Virus record (IMG/VR): IMGVR_UViG_3300033144_001394
Coordinates: 1 to 57,655 of that record
Strand: one strand, 5' to 3'
Source of the DNA: a virus
Taxonomy: Duplodnaviria; Caudoviricetes
DNA: 57,655 nucleotides
In this document: positions 1 to 10,200 of the stretch, piece by piece
How the letters are laid out: every line of letters begins with the position of its first letter
How positions within the stretch are numbered: the first letter of the stretch is position 1
Translations under genes and position numbers: made by a program
The notes under the pieces: generated by a model
Databases searched by the model: none
What the model was told of the DNA's origin: nothing
What the model saw: the letters and a program-made list of their open reading frames with translations, nothing else

Positions 1-3000
1 TCTGGTCAGATAACCATGAAGGGTGTACCACATCCTGTAATAGGTATAGACGAGTTTGGTAATCAGCAGTACATGATGCCTGGTGGTGAGTACAACTTCC
101 CAGGCAATCAGGTATTTGAATTACCCATACGTCAGGGTGGTGGACCGGCTCCTGTGTTTGTAAGTGACCCGAATGATTATAGATATAAAGCTTACTCAGA
201 TAGTATTCAGTTCAGACATAATTATCCTAGAGCTTTACATTCTGTTAATGCTAATCCAGAAAAATTTGGTAGCCACGCTGCTTATCTAGATGCTCTTTGG
301 AATAATCCTAAATACCCATTGCCAGATACTCTAGGTAGAGTAGCGAAGAAGAATCCTTACGCTCCAGAAAATTTGAAATTTACCATTCCTCCTGGAGTTT
401 GGTCAGATTACCCAGGAGGTACTAATATGTACGATACTGGTAGAAATATTCCAAAACCTAAACAGCCAGTATACTTAGAAGGATCTGACGAAGCAAATAT
501 TATTAAGAAGCAACAAGAACTTAAAGAGGTTGGTTTATATAAAGGTAAGATAGATGGTATCTGGGGAGATAAATCTCAAAAAGCTTGGGATGAACATCAA
601 AAGGATAAAGCTGTTGTTGAAGAACAAACTACAAAACCTATTATAGAAGAACCTATTATAGAAGAATCTGTTAAGAAAGAATCTGTTAAGAAAGAACCTA
701 AAGAACCTGTTGAAGTTATTAATCAAAAACCTGGAGCTTGGTATAAAAACGAGGAAGGTAAATGGGCACAAGCATCTATGCAATCAGGTGGAACCACAGG
801 AATTCCTAACTTTGTAAAAAGGATGCAAGATCCTAATGCTCCAATAGTACATAATAAAGATGGTTCAGTATCATCTCATTTAATGACTTATGGTGAGTCT
901 GATGGAAAATATTATGCGTACCCTACGTTAGTACAACAGGGAGACAGTTTAATGACACCTAATGATCCGTGGCAATACGCTATGGACAACAATAATTATT
1001 TACAATTTGATACAGAAGCTGAGGCTAAAAAGTTTGCCGCAGGTTCATGGAAGAAAAAATACGGAGGAAATATGGCCTATACAGATTTTAACCGCTTTAT
1101 GCGACAGGGAGGAGCACCTATTCAAAGAGGTTCTCAAATTGGATTAGAGGACTATCGTTGTGGTGGTAAACATATGCAAGAAGGCGGTGTTCCAGAAGGA
1201 TTTCATATGATGCCTGATGGAAGACTTATGCAAAATGAAGCTATGGTTGATCAATTTGCAACAGGAGTTCAAAACTATTTCACTAAGCAAGCTAAGCTTC
1301 GTGAGAAAGCGTTAGGTGGTAAAACTGCGACTATGAATCAAGATGTTGATGACATATTAGGAAATAGAAAGAATGCTTTCACTCAATATATTCAAGGTCA
1401 GGTTGGTCTTAATATTGCTTCTGAAACAGATCAAGAAGTACAAGACGCGCTTATTGAAGGTTTTGCTGGAGTTATGCAAATGGGAGGTAATACAAATGCT
1501 AATCAGTTTGCAGCATTTGCCGCTAATCAAACCGATTGGCGTAATGATCGTAATCAGGCTAGTGGTGAACTTTTAGGTGCATTAACTAGCTTAGGGTTAA
1601 ATGCTAATCCATATATCCGTACTAAGATTAAGAATCAGGATACGGGCTATAAGTTCAAGTACGATCGACCATGGGAGGCTGGTTTTGATTTTGCTAGACA
1701 TGGTGGTTCTATGAATAGCGGTTATTTACCTCAACATCAAACTGACGGTCAGCCAAATAAGTGGAAGCTATCAGAAGAAGACTTATTAATCAATTATCCG
1801 CCTGAGCAGTATCCTAGAGATAAGGATGGAAATATTTCTATGGATTCTAGAAAATCTTGGACGGATAAAGAAAATTCAGAGATATTTGGACTTCCCCCAT
1901 CTAATCCAGATGATTTTAGTGAGCATTATCTTAATGAAGATGGTACTCCTTGGACTTATGGTAAGGCGCTTCGAGATAAATATAACAGCGGTGAAGGTAT
2001 TACTGATGAAAGTGGAGTACATTATAAATCAGCTGATTTATATAAAAAATCACCTGCAAATAATATAGATAAAGATCGTTTTGCCGGCCGTAGTTTTAAA
2101 GTTGAACCTGAAGATGACAATCCATTACCTGATCCAAACGAATCAAGTGTTGTTAATCCTAAAGGTTTATATGATCCTGCAGCAACCAATACTAATACCA
2201 CTACTACTACTACTTCAGAAGGAGCTAACAACAACACTACTACTTCAGGTAACCGTGGTAACTATGAAAATACAAATACAGGAACAGGTGATGTGAATTA
2301 TAATATCCCAAATCAAGGTTTAGCAATGTTACCTGGAAACTCAGGTTTCGGTAATCTTTTGTATAACCCTTATAATACTTATCTAGATACATTAGATGAG
2401 AGAGGTCGTTTATTCGGTAAAGGATTGCGACGTAGGAAGAGTACCTTTTCACATGGTCCTTGGGGTGGTATAAATCCTAATACCGGATTACCTATTAATC
2501 CGAATGAGACAGTTGATCAGAATGGACAACCTATTCAAGATCCAACTGCATATGTACCTCCTACTGAAGAAGAGATTAGTCAAGGTCGTGATGCTTATAT
2601 TGAACAACAGATGGAAGGGATGTCACCACAGCTTTATTCACGTAAGGTACATGGTGATATTAGTCCTGAACAAGAAACTGAATATACTCGTTTACATAAT
2701 GAGCTTACTCAGGAGTATGATTCTGATATTGCACGTAAAGAACAAGATAGACTTGATGAGATTGAGCGTAAAGAAAATAGTCGATTTAGCAGAGCACAAA
2801 GTCCTATTACTCCATTTGAGAAACCAGGCTTTGGAACCCGTATTGAAAACTTCATGCAGGAACGTCAGGCGGAACGTGAGAGACAAGGTAAAGGTCGAGG
2901 TCCAAGACAAGAAAGAAGAGTTGGGAGACAAAACGATAGACGCACTACTAATATTCAGCAAGCGAATGATAAGAATAGACGTCGTAGCGATAAAAAAGGA

Positions 3001-3126
3001 GTTACTCACCTCAGACGATGGAACAGATGGATGAATGGCGGAAACAACAATCACAATTACCTATGCAAGAAGGCGGTAAGGTTACAGATATTCCTGCTGA
3101 TTTTCAAGGAGGTTACAGGGACTTAG
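1..3126 (+). CDS. Modular virion-associated protein, 5'-truncated by the window edge; contains a PG_binding_1-like peptidoglycan-binding domain (~511-590) and many xxGG motifs; probably continues into 3018..3986 via a -1 frame change near 2992-3017
   Basis: Frame is open from base 1 (SGQIT-MKGVP). QQELKEVGLYKGKIDGIWGDKSQKAW fits the PGBD DGxxG pattern. The C-terminal ~40 aa look out of frame and overlap the next ORF by 109 nt. Confidence 0.7.
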   Translation, partial: SGQITMKGVPHPVIGIDEFGNQQYMMPGGEYNFPGNQVFELPIRQGGGPAPVFVSDPNDYRYKAYSDSIQFRHNYPRALHSVNANPEKFGSHAAYLDALWNNPKYPLPDTLGRVAKKNPYAPENLKFTIPPGVWSDYPGGTNMYDTGRNIPKPKQPVYLEGSDEANIIKKQQELKEVGLYKGKIDGIWGDKSQKAWDEHQKDKAVVEEQTTKPIIEEPIIEESVKKESVKKEPKEPVEVINQKPGAWYKNEEGKWAQASMQSGGTTGIPNFVKRMQDPNAPIVHNKDGSVSSHLMTYGESDGKYYAYPTLVQQGDSLMTPNDPWQYAMDNNNYLQFDTEAEAKKFAAGSWKKKYGGNMAYTDFNRFMRQGGAPIQRGSQIGLEDYRCGGKHMQEGGVPEGFHMMPDGRLMQNEAMVDQFATGVQNYFTKQAKLREKALGGKTATMNQDVDDILGNRKNAFTQYIQGQVGLNIASETDQEVQDALIEGFAGVMQMGGNTNANQFAAFAANQTDWRNDRNQASGELLGALTSLGLNANPYIRTKIKNQDTGYKFKYDRPWEAGFDFARHGGSMNSGYLPQHQTDGQPNKWKLSEEDLLINYPPEQYPRDKDGNISMDSRKSWTDKENSEIFGLPPSNPDDFSEHYLNEDGTPWTYGKALRDKYNSGEGITDESGVHYKSADLYKKSPANNIDKDRFAGRSFKVEPEDDNPLPDPNESSVVNPKGLYDPAATNTNTTTTTTSEGANNNTTTSGNRGNYENTNTGTGDVNYNIPNQGLAMLPGNSGFGNLLYNPYNTYLDTLDERGRLFGKGLRRRKSTFSHGPWGGINPNTGLPINPNETVDQNGQPIQDPTAYVPPTEEEISQGRDAYIEQQMEGMSPQLYSRKVHGDISPEQETEYTRLHNELTQEYDSDIARKEQDRLDEIERKENSRFSRAQSPITPFEKPGFGTRIENFMQERQAERERQGKGRGPRQERRVGRQNDRRTTNIQQANDKNRRRSDKKGVTHLRRWNRWMNGGNNNHNYLCKKAVRLQIFLLIFKEVTGT
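637..708 (+). repeat. In-frame tandem 15-nt duplications (PIIEE x2, SVKKE x2) in a linker
   Basis: cctattatagaagaa at 637-651 and 652-666; tctgttaagaaagaa at 667-681 and 682-696. Confidence 0.9.
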
Positions 3127-3986
3127 ATGCTAATCAGAGAAAGCTGATGGATTACTATTTGAAGCTTAATAACTCTGCATACAGAGCATTTGAAGGATCA
3201 TCTGCAGCAAGACTTAGGGGTTCTGATGCTGCTGAAGATGCCGCTGGTAATTCATGGATGATGAGTCGACTTCAAGATGAAGCTCATCAAAAAGCAAAGG
3301 CAGACTTTCCAAATATGTTAAGACTGTATTATGATAATACTCAGTCAGATGATGATCCTAATACATTCTTACAGGATGAATGGGTACCTAAATTCCGCAG
3401 AAGCGGTGGAGCATTATATCCACTTGGTGGAGCGATTCCTTATGGTAGTATGCCCTATGCTGATATGGAATATGCTAAGCTGATGTATGCTCTTGGTGGA
3501 AACATCCCTCAGTATATTGGTGGAGGTAGCAACAATTTAGTTGAAACTAATGCCTATGGCAATCCATATTTAGATCCCAATAGTAAAACCGATGTAGATG
3601 AAAAACTAAAGTTTCAGTATAATCCTGAAGAAGTAGTCGGAGCTGGAATAGCTGCTACCAACTGGGGCGCTAACCTTTTAAATTACGATCCAGGATTAAG
3701 TGGGCAACTTTCAGATATGCAAACAGCGGATGCGCTTAATCCAGTGATATCGCGTGAAAATGCTAGAGAAGGTACTTATGACCCATTTGGTAACTTTATT
3801 GATGATGAGAAAGTTGTTGCTCAAAATAAAGGTTATAACATGTTTGGAGATAGAGGTTCTAATCTAAATCAAGGAAGATATGGTGGTACTCCTAATATGC
3901 AGTATAAGCAAGGTGGTGAATATGATTTATCTAAACCTGAGATTGATGCAATAATTAAAGCAGGAGGTGAAGTAGAATACTTATAG
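3018..3986 (+). CDS. Virion-associated protein, or the C-terminal part of the preceding ORF
   Basis: 322-aa ORF sharing the MQEGG/YxxGG motifs of ORF 1..3126; ends YKQGGEYDLSKPEIDAIIKAGGEVEYL. Confidence 0.7.
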   Translation: MEQMDEWRKQQSQLPMQEGGKVTDIPADFQGGYRDLDANQRKLMDYYLKLNNSAYRAFEGSSAARLRGSDAAEDAAGNSWMMSRLQDEAHQKAKADFPNMLRLYYDNTQSDDDPNTFLQDEWVPKFRRSGGALYPLGGAIPYGSMPYADMEYAKLMYALGGNIPQYIGGGSNNLVETNAYGNPYLDPNSKTDVDEKLKFQYNPEEVVGAGIAATNWGANLLNYDPGLSGQLSDMQTADALNPVISRENAREGTYDPFGNFIDDEKVVAQNKGYNMFGDRGSNLNQGRYGGTPNMQYKQGGEYDLSKPEIDAIIKAGGEVEYL

Positions 3987-3995
3987 AATAATATT

Positions 3996-6572
3996 ATGGC
4001 AAGAGTAAGAATAGTAAGAAAGGGAAATACGATGCAAGTCGGAGGATCTGCTCATACAGGCATGCCCGGTATGGGTGATAAGTCTTTATCATATCCTATT
4101 TCAGACCCACTTGGTGGAATGCAAGAGGCGACCAGTGTTAATAAAACTCTCAAGCCAATAGCTCGACAAGGAGCTACATTAGAAGCTGAGAAAGGGGAGA
4201 GTGTTGTTACAGATCTTGCTAAGATTGGTATACCTCAGCACTTTAATATTGGGGGCAAACGTCATTATGATGGCGGTACGCCTCTTAATTTACCTAATGA
4301 TTCATTTATCTTCTCCAGAGATAAGACCATGAAGATTAAGGACGATATGATCTTAGAACAGTTTGGAAAGAAAACACGTAAAGGTAAGCGTTCTTTTACT
4401 CCGGCTGAGATAGCGAAACAGTATCAGAATAATAAGTATTTAAAAATACTTATGGATCCTGACTCAAGTAGAATGCAGAGAGATACGGCTGAGATGATGA
4501 TTGAGAATAACAATCTTAAGTTAGGTGCATTAGCTATGGTACAAGAATCACGAAAAGGTTTTCCAGATGGAATACCCGGTGTTGCTATGCCTTATATGGA
4601 ACGTCTAGGATTAACTCCTGAGCAGTTGGTTCCTCAACAAGAACCACAAGAGGGACAGCAAGGACCACCACAACAAGAACAACCTCCTATGGAAATGCCT
4701 CAGATGGCACAAGGTATGAAAGCTGGTGGTTCTACAGGTAAGACGCGTGTTCGTATTAAGAAGACCGGTGGTTCTATACCTTCATATCAAAAAGGTGGTG
4801 GATTTAGACATCCCATTGGACCAATGCCAGGAATAACTTGGGAACAATGGGATAACATGTCTCCACAAGAAAAAGAAAGAGCAAGTCCTACTGACAACCC
4901 TGTAGAAGTGAACGGAGAAATAGTTCCCTCTACTTCGAATAAAAGCACCAAGCATCAAAACATTCCAGATGATGCTGTTAAGTGGGACATGACTACTGAA
5001 GGATATGACGAAAGTCAGGTTCAGCCAGGTGACTATATCCTTAAGGAGGATGGTAAATGGTATAGGACTACAGGTTATACACAAAAGAACTATGGTTATG
5101 AGGATAGCAGACTAGGTGAACTGCAACCAGCTTACGGTCACCTACAGAATACTATTACTGGTAACGAAGATCTGCAGAATGCAATTTATATCAATTACCA
5201 AAAGCATATCCAGGACAGTAATCTTTCTAAAGAGAAGAAAGACCGCCTCCTTAAGATGCCGAAGGATCAAGTAATCAATACTTTCCTACAGGGTCAGAAA
5301 CAAGTATATGCTATCAGCAACTCTGGTGCACTCTATCAACACAATGAAGATGGAAGCATCAAGGAAGATGTAGATGGCAATCCAATCATGAAATCTGAGA
5401 AAGATCTTAAGGTTTGGGAGAAGCGCGATAGTCCTGAGTATTATAAGCGAATGAAAGAGCTTGGTTTTAGTGAAGATGAGTTATTCTCAGGTGAGATGAC
5501 AGCTGTATTCCAAGCAGCGTATCGCGGACTAGAGGATGCTAGTCTTGATGAGCAATTCACTGAGACACTTGGTAACTTTAATATTACTCCAGTGGGTCTT
5601 AAAGATTCACATGGAATGCATACATATGACGGTAAGGCTATATCTCCAGTAGATGAGATCTTCGGAAATACTACGGCAGGTCAAGCAGTTCTTCCAATAG
5701 ATCTTGATAAAGATCTTACAACAGAAGAAGTTGAGTGGACTCCAGATGGAGTAGTAGATACTCCTGAAGGATTAAAGGTTCCACCACAGGGTGCTCCAAA
5801 TGCAGACTTTTGGTTACAGGACGTAGTCAAGAACTGGGGAGCTTTTAGTGATAGGGCTCGTATTAGTAAGGAAGCACCTTGGCAAGGACAAGCTGCAGTT
5901 AAACTAGCGGATCCTACATTTTTTGATCCAACAAGAGAACTTGCAGCCAATGCTGAGCTAGCTAATATTGCTACTCAAGGAGCTGCCATGTTTGCAGGAC
6001 CTCAAGCATATAATGCTAGATCTTCTCAGATTCAAGGACAGGCTGCTCAGAATGCTGCTAATATTCTTTCTCAATATAATCAGAAGAATGTCGGTACAGC
6101 AAATCAATTTGAGATGGCTAATACTCAGATAATGAATCAAGCTGCACAACAACGTAGTCAATTAGCTACACAGCTTTGGGATAAGAATGCTATTCTTAAC
6201 CAGCAGTATAAGAATTCTAAGAACAAGGCTATCGAGAACCAACGCCAGTCTTATATTGACGCTCTTACTAATAGAGCGCAGACTCAGGCGCTTAACTCTT
6301 TATATCCACAGTATAATGTAGATCCTATGTCAGGAGGCTTCTTAGACTATGATGCAGAAGCAGGTCGTAGAAGAAAACTAGAAGCTACCCAAAGTCAGAA
6401 TAAGACCATAACAGATAGCTTTGCTCGAATTAAAAGAGAGAATGCTGGTATTGATGATGCTACGGCTTATAAGTTAGCTTCTAAAGAAGCAGGTATGCCA
6501 GATGATACACCCTATGGTGCAGAAGCAGCATACTATGGAAACTACTTGGGCAACATGGCAGGGCATGAATAA
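3996..6572 (+). CDS. crAss-like virion structural/cargo protein (858 aa)
   Basis: LEAEKGE...GGKRHYDGGTPLNLP...FIFS block resembles a segment recurrent in Bacteroidota phage virion proteins; Q/N/A-rich helical C-terminus. Confidence 0.65.
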   Translation: MARVRIVRKGNTMQVGGSAHTGMPGMGDKSLSYPISDPLGGMQEATSVNKTLKPIARQGATLEAEKGESVVTDLAKIGIPQHFNIGGKRHYDGGTPLNLPNDSFIFSRDKTMKIKDDMILEQFGKKTRKGKRSFTPAEIAKQYQNNKYLKILMDPDSSRMQRDTAEMMIENNNLKLGALAMVQESRKGFPDGIPGVAMPYMERLGLTPEQLVPQQEPQEGQQGPPQQEQPPMEMPQMAQGMKAGGSTGKTRVRIKKTGGSIPSYQKGGGFRHPIGPMPGITWEQWDNMSPQEKERASPTDNPVEVNGEIVPSTSNKSTKHQNIPDDAVKWDMTTEGYDESQVQPGDYILKEDGKWYRTTGYTQKNYGYEDSRLGELQPAYGHLQNTITGNEDLQNAIYINYQKHIQDSNLSKEKKDRLLKMPKDQVINTFLQGQKQVYAISNSGALYQHNEDGSIKEDVDGNPIMKSEKDLKVWEKRDSPEYYKRMKELGFSEDELFSGEMTAVFQAAYRGLEDASLDEQFTETLGNFNITPVGLKDSHGMHTYDGKAISPVDEIFGNTTAGQAVLPIDLDKDLTTEEVEWTPDGVVDTPEGLKVPPQGAPNADFWLQDVVKNWGAFSDRARISKEAPWQGQAAVKLADPTFFDPTRELAANAELANIATQGAAMFAGPQAYNARSSQIQGQAAQNAANILSQYNQKNVGTANQFEMANTQIMNQAAQQRSQLATQLWDKNAILNQQYKNSKNKAIENQRQSYIDALTNRAQTQALNSLYPQYNVDPMSGGFLDYDAEAGRRRKLEATQSQNKTITDSFARIKRENAGIDDATAYKLASKEAGMPDDTPYGAEAAYYGNYLGNMAGHE

Positions 6573-6629
6573 TAAACCTAAGAGGTTTGTTAAACTTATA
6601 TTATTTTTGAATTAAACTTATAAAGTAAC

Positions 6630-7271
6630 ATGGCAACTTATTTACCAGGTGAATCTGGAATATACCAAATAGTAAACTTAGTATCTCAAAAAAGATATAT
6701 AGGTCTTGCTTCAAATATGAAAACTCGTATGAACGGTCATCTATATGACCTTAGAAGAGGCATCCATGCAAATGCTTATTTACAGAAAGCTTGGAATAAG
6801 TATGGCTCTAAAGCTTTTACCTTTAAATGTTTAGAGAAATGCGCTGTGTCTTCTTTACATTTACGTGAGGATTATTGGGTTCGAGTATTGAAGGTTGATC
6901 AACGATACTATGGTTATAATATTAAACCAACTAATCCTGAAGGTTGTTCTCAACACTCTGAAGAAACTAAGTTTAAGATAAGTAGAGACCATAAGTTTAA
7001 AGGTATAAAACCTGGTATATTATGTCTTAAAAAGAGACAAGAATTAGGAGTTACCGAAAGACAAAGAATTGCTATGCGAGAATCGTTAAAGAAGGTTAAC
7101 TTTTCTAAAGTGCATAGAGAAAAACGAGGAAAGAAGGTTATTAATGTTAAGACTCAAGAAGTATATAGTTCTTTAGCAGAAGTTGCTGAATTACTAGATG
7201 TTCATAAAGGTAGTCTTTCACGTAAACTTTCAGGTAAACGTAATAATAATACACATTATAAATATTTATAG
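6630..7271 (+). mobile_element. Free-standing GIY-YIG homing endonuclease with NUMOD3-like and C-terminal HTH-like DNA-binding motifs
   Basis: GIYQIVNL...YIGLAS...R...H...LQKAWNKYG...E...GYNI; HSEETKFKIS; basic C-terminus. Confidence 0.93.
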
Positions 7272-7273
7272 TT

Positions 7274-10200
7274 ATGGCCACATATTTGCCCGGCGTCACA
7301 GATTATATACCGCAGATTCAACCATTCAAACCAGATTATAATTTTTACTCTGGTGCGCTTCAAATGAAGCAAGGTCAATATGATGCTTCTCATAAGCAGT
7401 TGAGTAACCTTTACGGATCTTTACTTAATGCTCCTATGTTGCGTGATCAAAACATTGAATCTCGTGATCAGTTCTTTAAAGCAATTAATAATGATATACA
7501 GAAGATATCCGGACTTGACCTCTCACTGCGAGAGAACGTTAGTGCAGCTTCCGACCTTTTTACTCAGATCTACGACAACGAAAATATCGTCAAGGACATG
7601 GTCTATACCAAGAACTACCAATCTGAGCTTACCAGAGCCGAAAGTTTCAGGAACTGTGTAGACATTGAGAAGTGTGGTGGGGCTTACTGGGAAGATGGTG
7701 TTAAGGCTTTAAACTATAAAGCAGATGAGTTTCGTAAGGCTTCTGATCAAGATGCATTAGGTATGCAGAACAGTAAATTTGCTTCATATCAAAATGTTAT
7801 GGAGAAGGCGGTTAAGCTTGCTAAAGATGCTGGACTTAACATTGAGATTGATCAGGTAAACGGCAGATACATTTACACAACTAAGAACGGTCCCAATCTT
7901 ATAAGACCACTTTCTGATTTATTTACAGGAGTATTTGCTAATGATCCTTCTATTCAGGAGTATTATAATGCTCAGGCTTATGTTCAACGTAAGGAGTGGA
8001 TCTTTGGAAACGCTAATCAATATGGTGGTGAAGCAGGTGCTGAACAGGCATATGCTGATCAGATGATCCAAGGCATGCAAGCTATGTTTGGTCAAATGGA
8101 GGAGGATATTACTTTTCAGAAAGATATGAATACTGGTCAGAAAAGTAATCTTGAAGATAGAATTACTAAGGAAGGTACTATTCCAAATAGTCCCCTTGCT
8201 AGACAGTATCAAGCACTTAATGAATATGAGCAACAGATTGATGCTACTGGAAAAGTCATAGAGAACACCAATGGTTATATTAAAAATGTACAAGATCCTG
8301 CTTTAAGAAGAGCAATGGGTGCTAACCTAGATAAGGTTATGGCCTCTTTCTTATTACAAGGGGATATTACAGGAGCTGCTGAAACACTTGCTTATAAGGA
8401 TTATTCTGTTAAAATGGAAGCTGATCCATATGCATTAGAAAACGTTAAGCAATCTAATAGATTAGCACTTGCTGAAAGGAAATTCCAATATGATATTGCT
8501 CTTGAAAAGTATAAGCTAGACCCAGAAGCTTGGGAGAAAAAACAGATGGAGATTGGTGATATTGATCAGAATATTCCAAATACGGTAGATGATGTAACCG
8601 GAGCAAGCGAAATTAATTTAGATGACGACGGTGCAGCTGTTGTTTATGAGGATATGATAAAAGAAGGTCGTAATGACTTTAGTAAGTCCGAGAGAGTGTT
8701 GATTAAAGATTATCTTGAACGGGTTAAAGAACAGTCTCGAGGTGAAGAATTTAAGGGTATCGCCTCTGAAGATTTAGTTGCCTTTGGTGAGGCTATGATT
8801 AATGAGATTAATACTGAGGAGAAGTATTCCACTTTTGAAGAGGGCGTTACAAGTACTATAAAAGGACAACGGGCTGAAGGAGGCTTGCGTCTTAAAGAAC
8901 AATGGGATAGTTTATCTAAAGCGGATAAAGTTAAAGCTATGCATACTAAAGATTTTGAGCAATACCTTACTGCTGATTATGGTTCAGGACTTAGTGGTAC
9001 AGCTATTGATAATATATTCGATAGTCAGATTCGACCTATTATACCTAAGAATGAAGATGAAAAAGTACAGAGGGAGTATCTTGGGGCTTGGAATACAGAT
9101 ACAGGTACTCTAAACAACCTTAGCATAATTGATCATAAGGAACAGGTTCTTGATGAGTTGAATAACTGGTTTATGTCAGAGAATGAAGATGTTCTTGGTA
9201 AGATGAAAGGGGATACTGGTTTCTTAGAATATAAACCCTATTTAGATCATTATTTTGATGAGAACTTTAAACCACGTAGTGCTCGAGAATTTGCACATAG
9301 TTATTTAGATGCTAATCCCGAACAAGACCCGGCTGATCCAAAGGTCCTTGAAAGATTAATGGAGGTATATTATGGTGATAGTTACGGAGCAATAAAAGAT
9401 AGTCCTAGTATATATACATGGATGGATTCTAGGGCGCGTGAAGGTCAAGGTGGGTTATCAAATAAGCTATTGGAAACAACCTTAAGTCTTTTGCCTAACC
9501 CTATGGCTAGGAGAACAAGAACAATTTCTGGGCTTATTTCAGAATTACCAGCAGATGAACAGGATGCAGCATGGGAAAAAGCAGAGAAAGAATATGGTAT
9601 TTCTAATCCTAATATGAATAAGTTTATCACACCCACAGGAGCTGGTTTAGATGTGGCATGGAGAAACGGTTTCTCAAAACATGCTACACCGGAAGGTGGA
9701 GCAATGTATCTAGGGCTTATGGGTAACGACAGCTATGCTGCAAGAGGAATAAACTACGCTAGAGTAGATCCCATAGCTATTAAGAGTGGAGCCACTATGA
9801 ATGTTATGAGTTTCTTTAGTGACGTTCTAGGAGCAAGTACCGGTGATATGCGACTTACTTTAGAAGGTCCTCAAGCTGAAATGGAAGATGTTGAGCATAA
9901 GGCAGACCTAATGCCTATATTTAATCAACTCTATCAGGACATGTTTAATATGGCTAGTCCTAAAGAAGGAAATCGACCTGTGTTAAACGTAACCTATCAA
10001 GATATTGCTGGAGGTACTCGTGACTGGACTGCTCTTAATATAAAATTCAATGAGCCTTATATGAAGGAATATTTAGGTAGTGATGCCAACAAAGGTATAT
10101 TTAGAGAGAAGGAGCAACTAACGGTTTTGCTCAGGGTACATCTAAAACTTCTCTTGAAGAAGATTTATATTGGACAGGTCAACATGAAATTAAAGGTTAT

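Noticed and set aside
2185-2250. act/aac microsatellite-like repeats
   Set aside because: They encode a Thr/Asn low-complexity linker in frame; no evidence of a separate function
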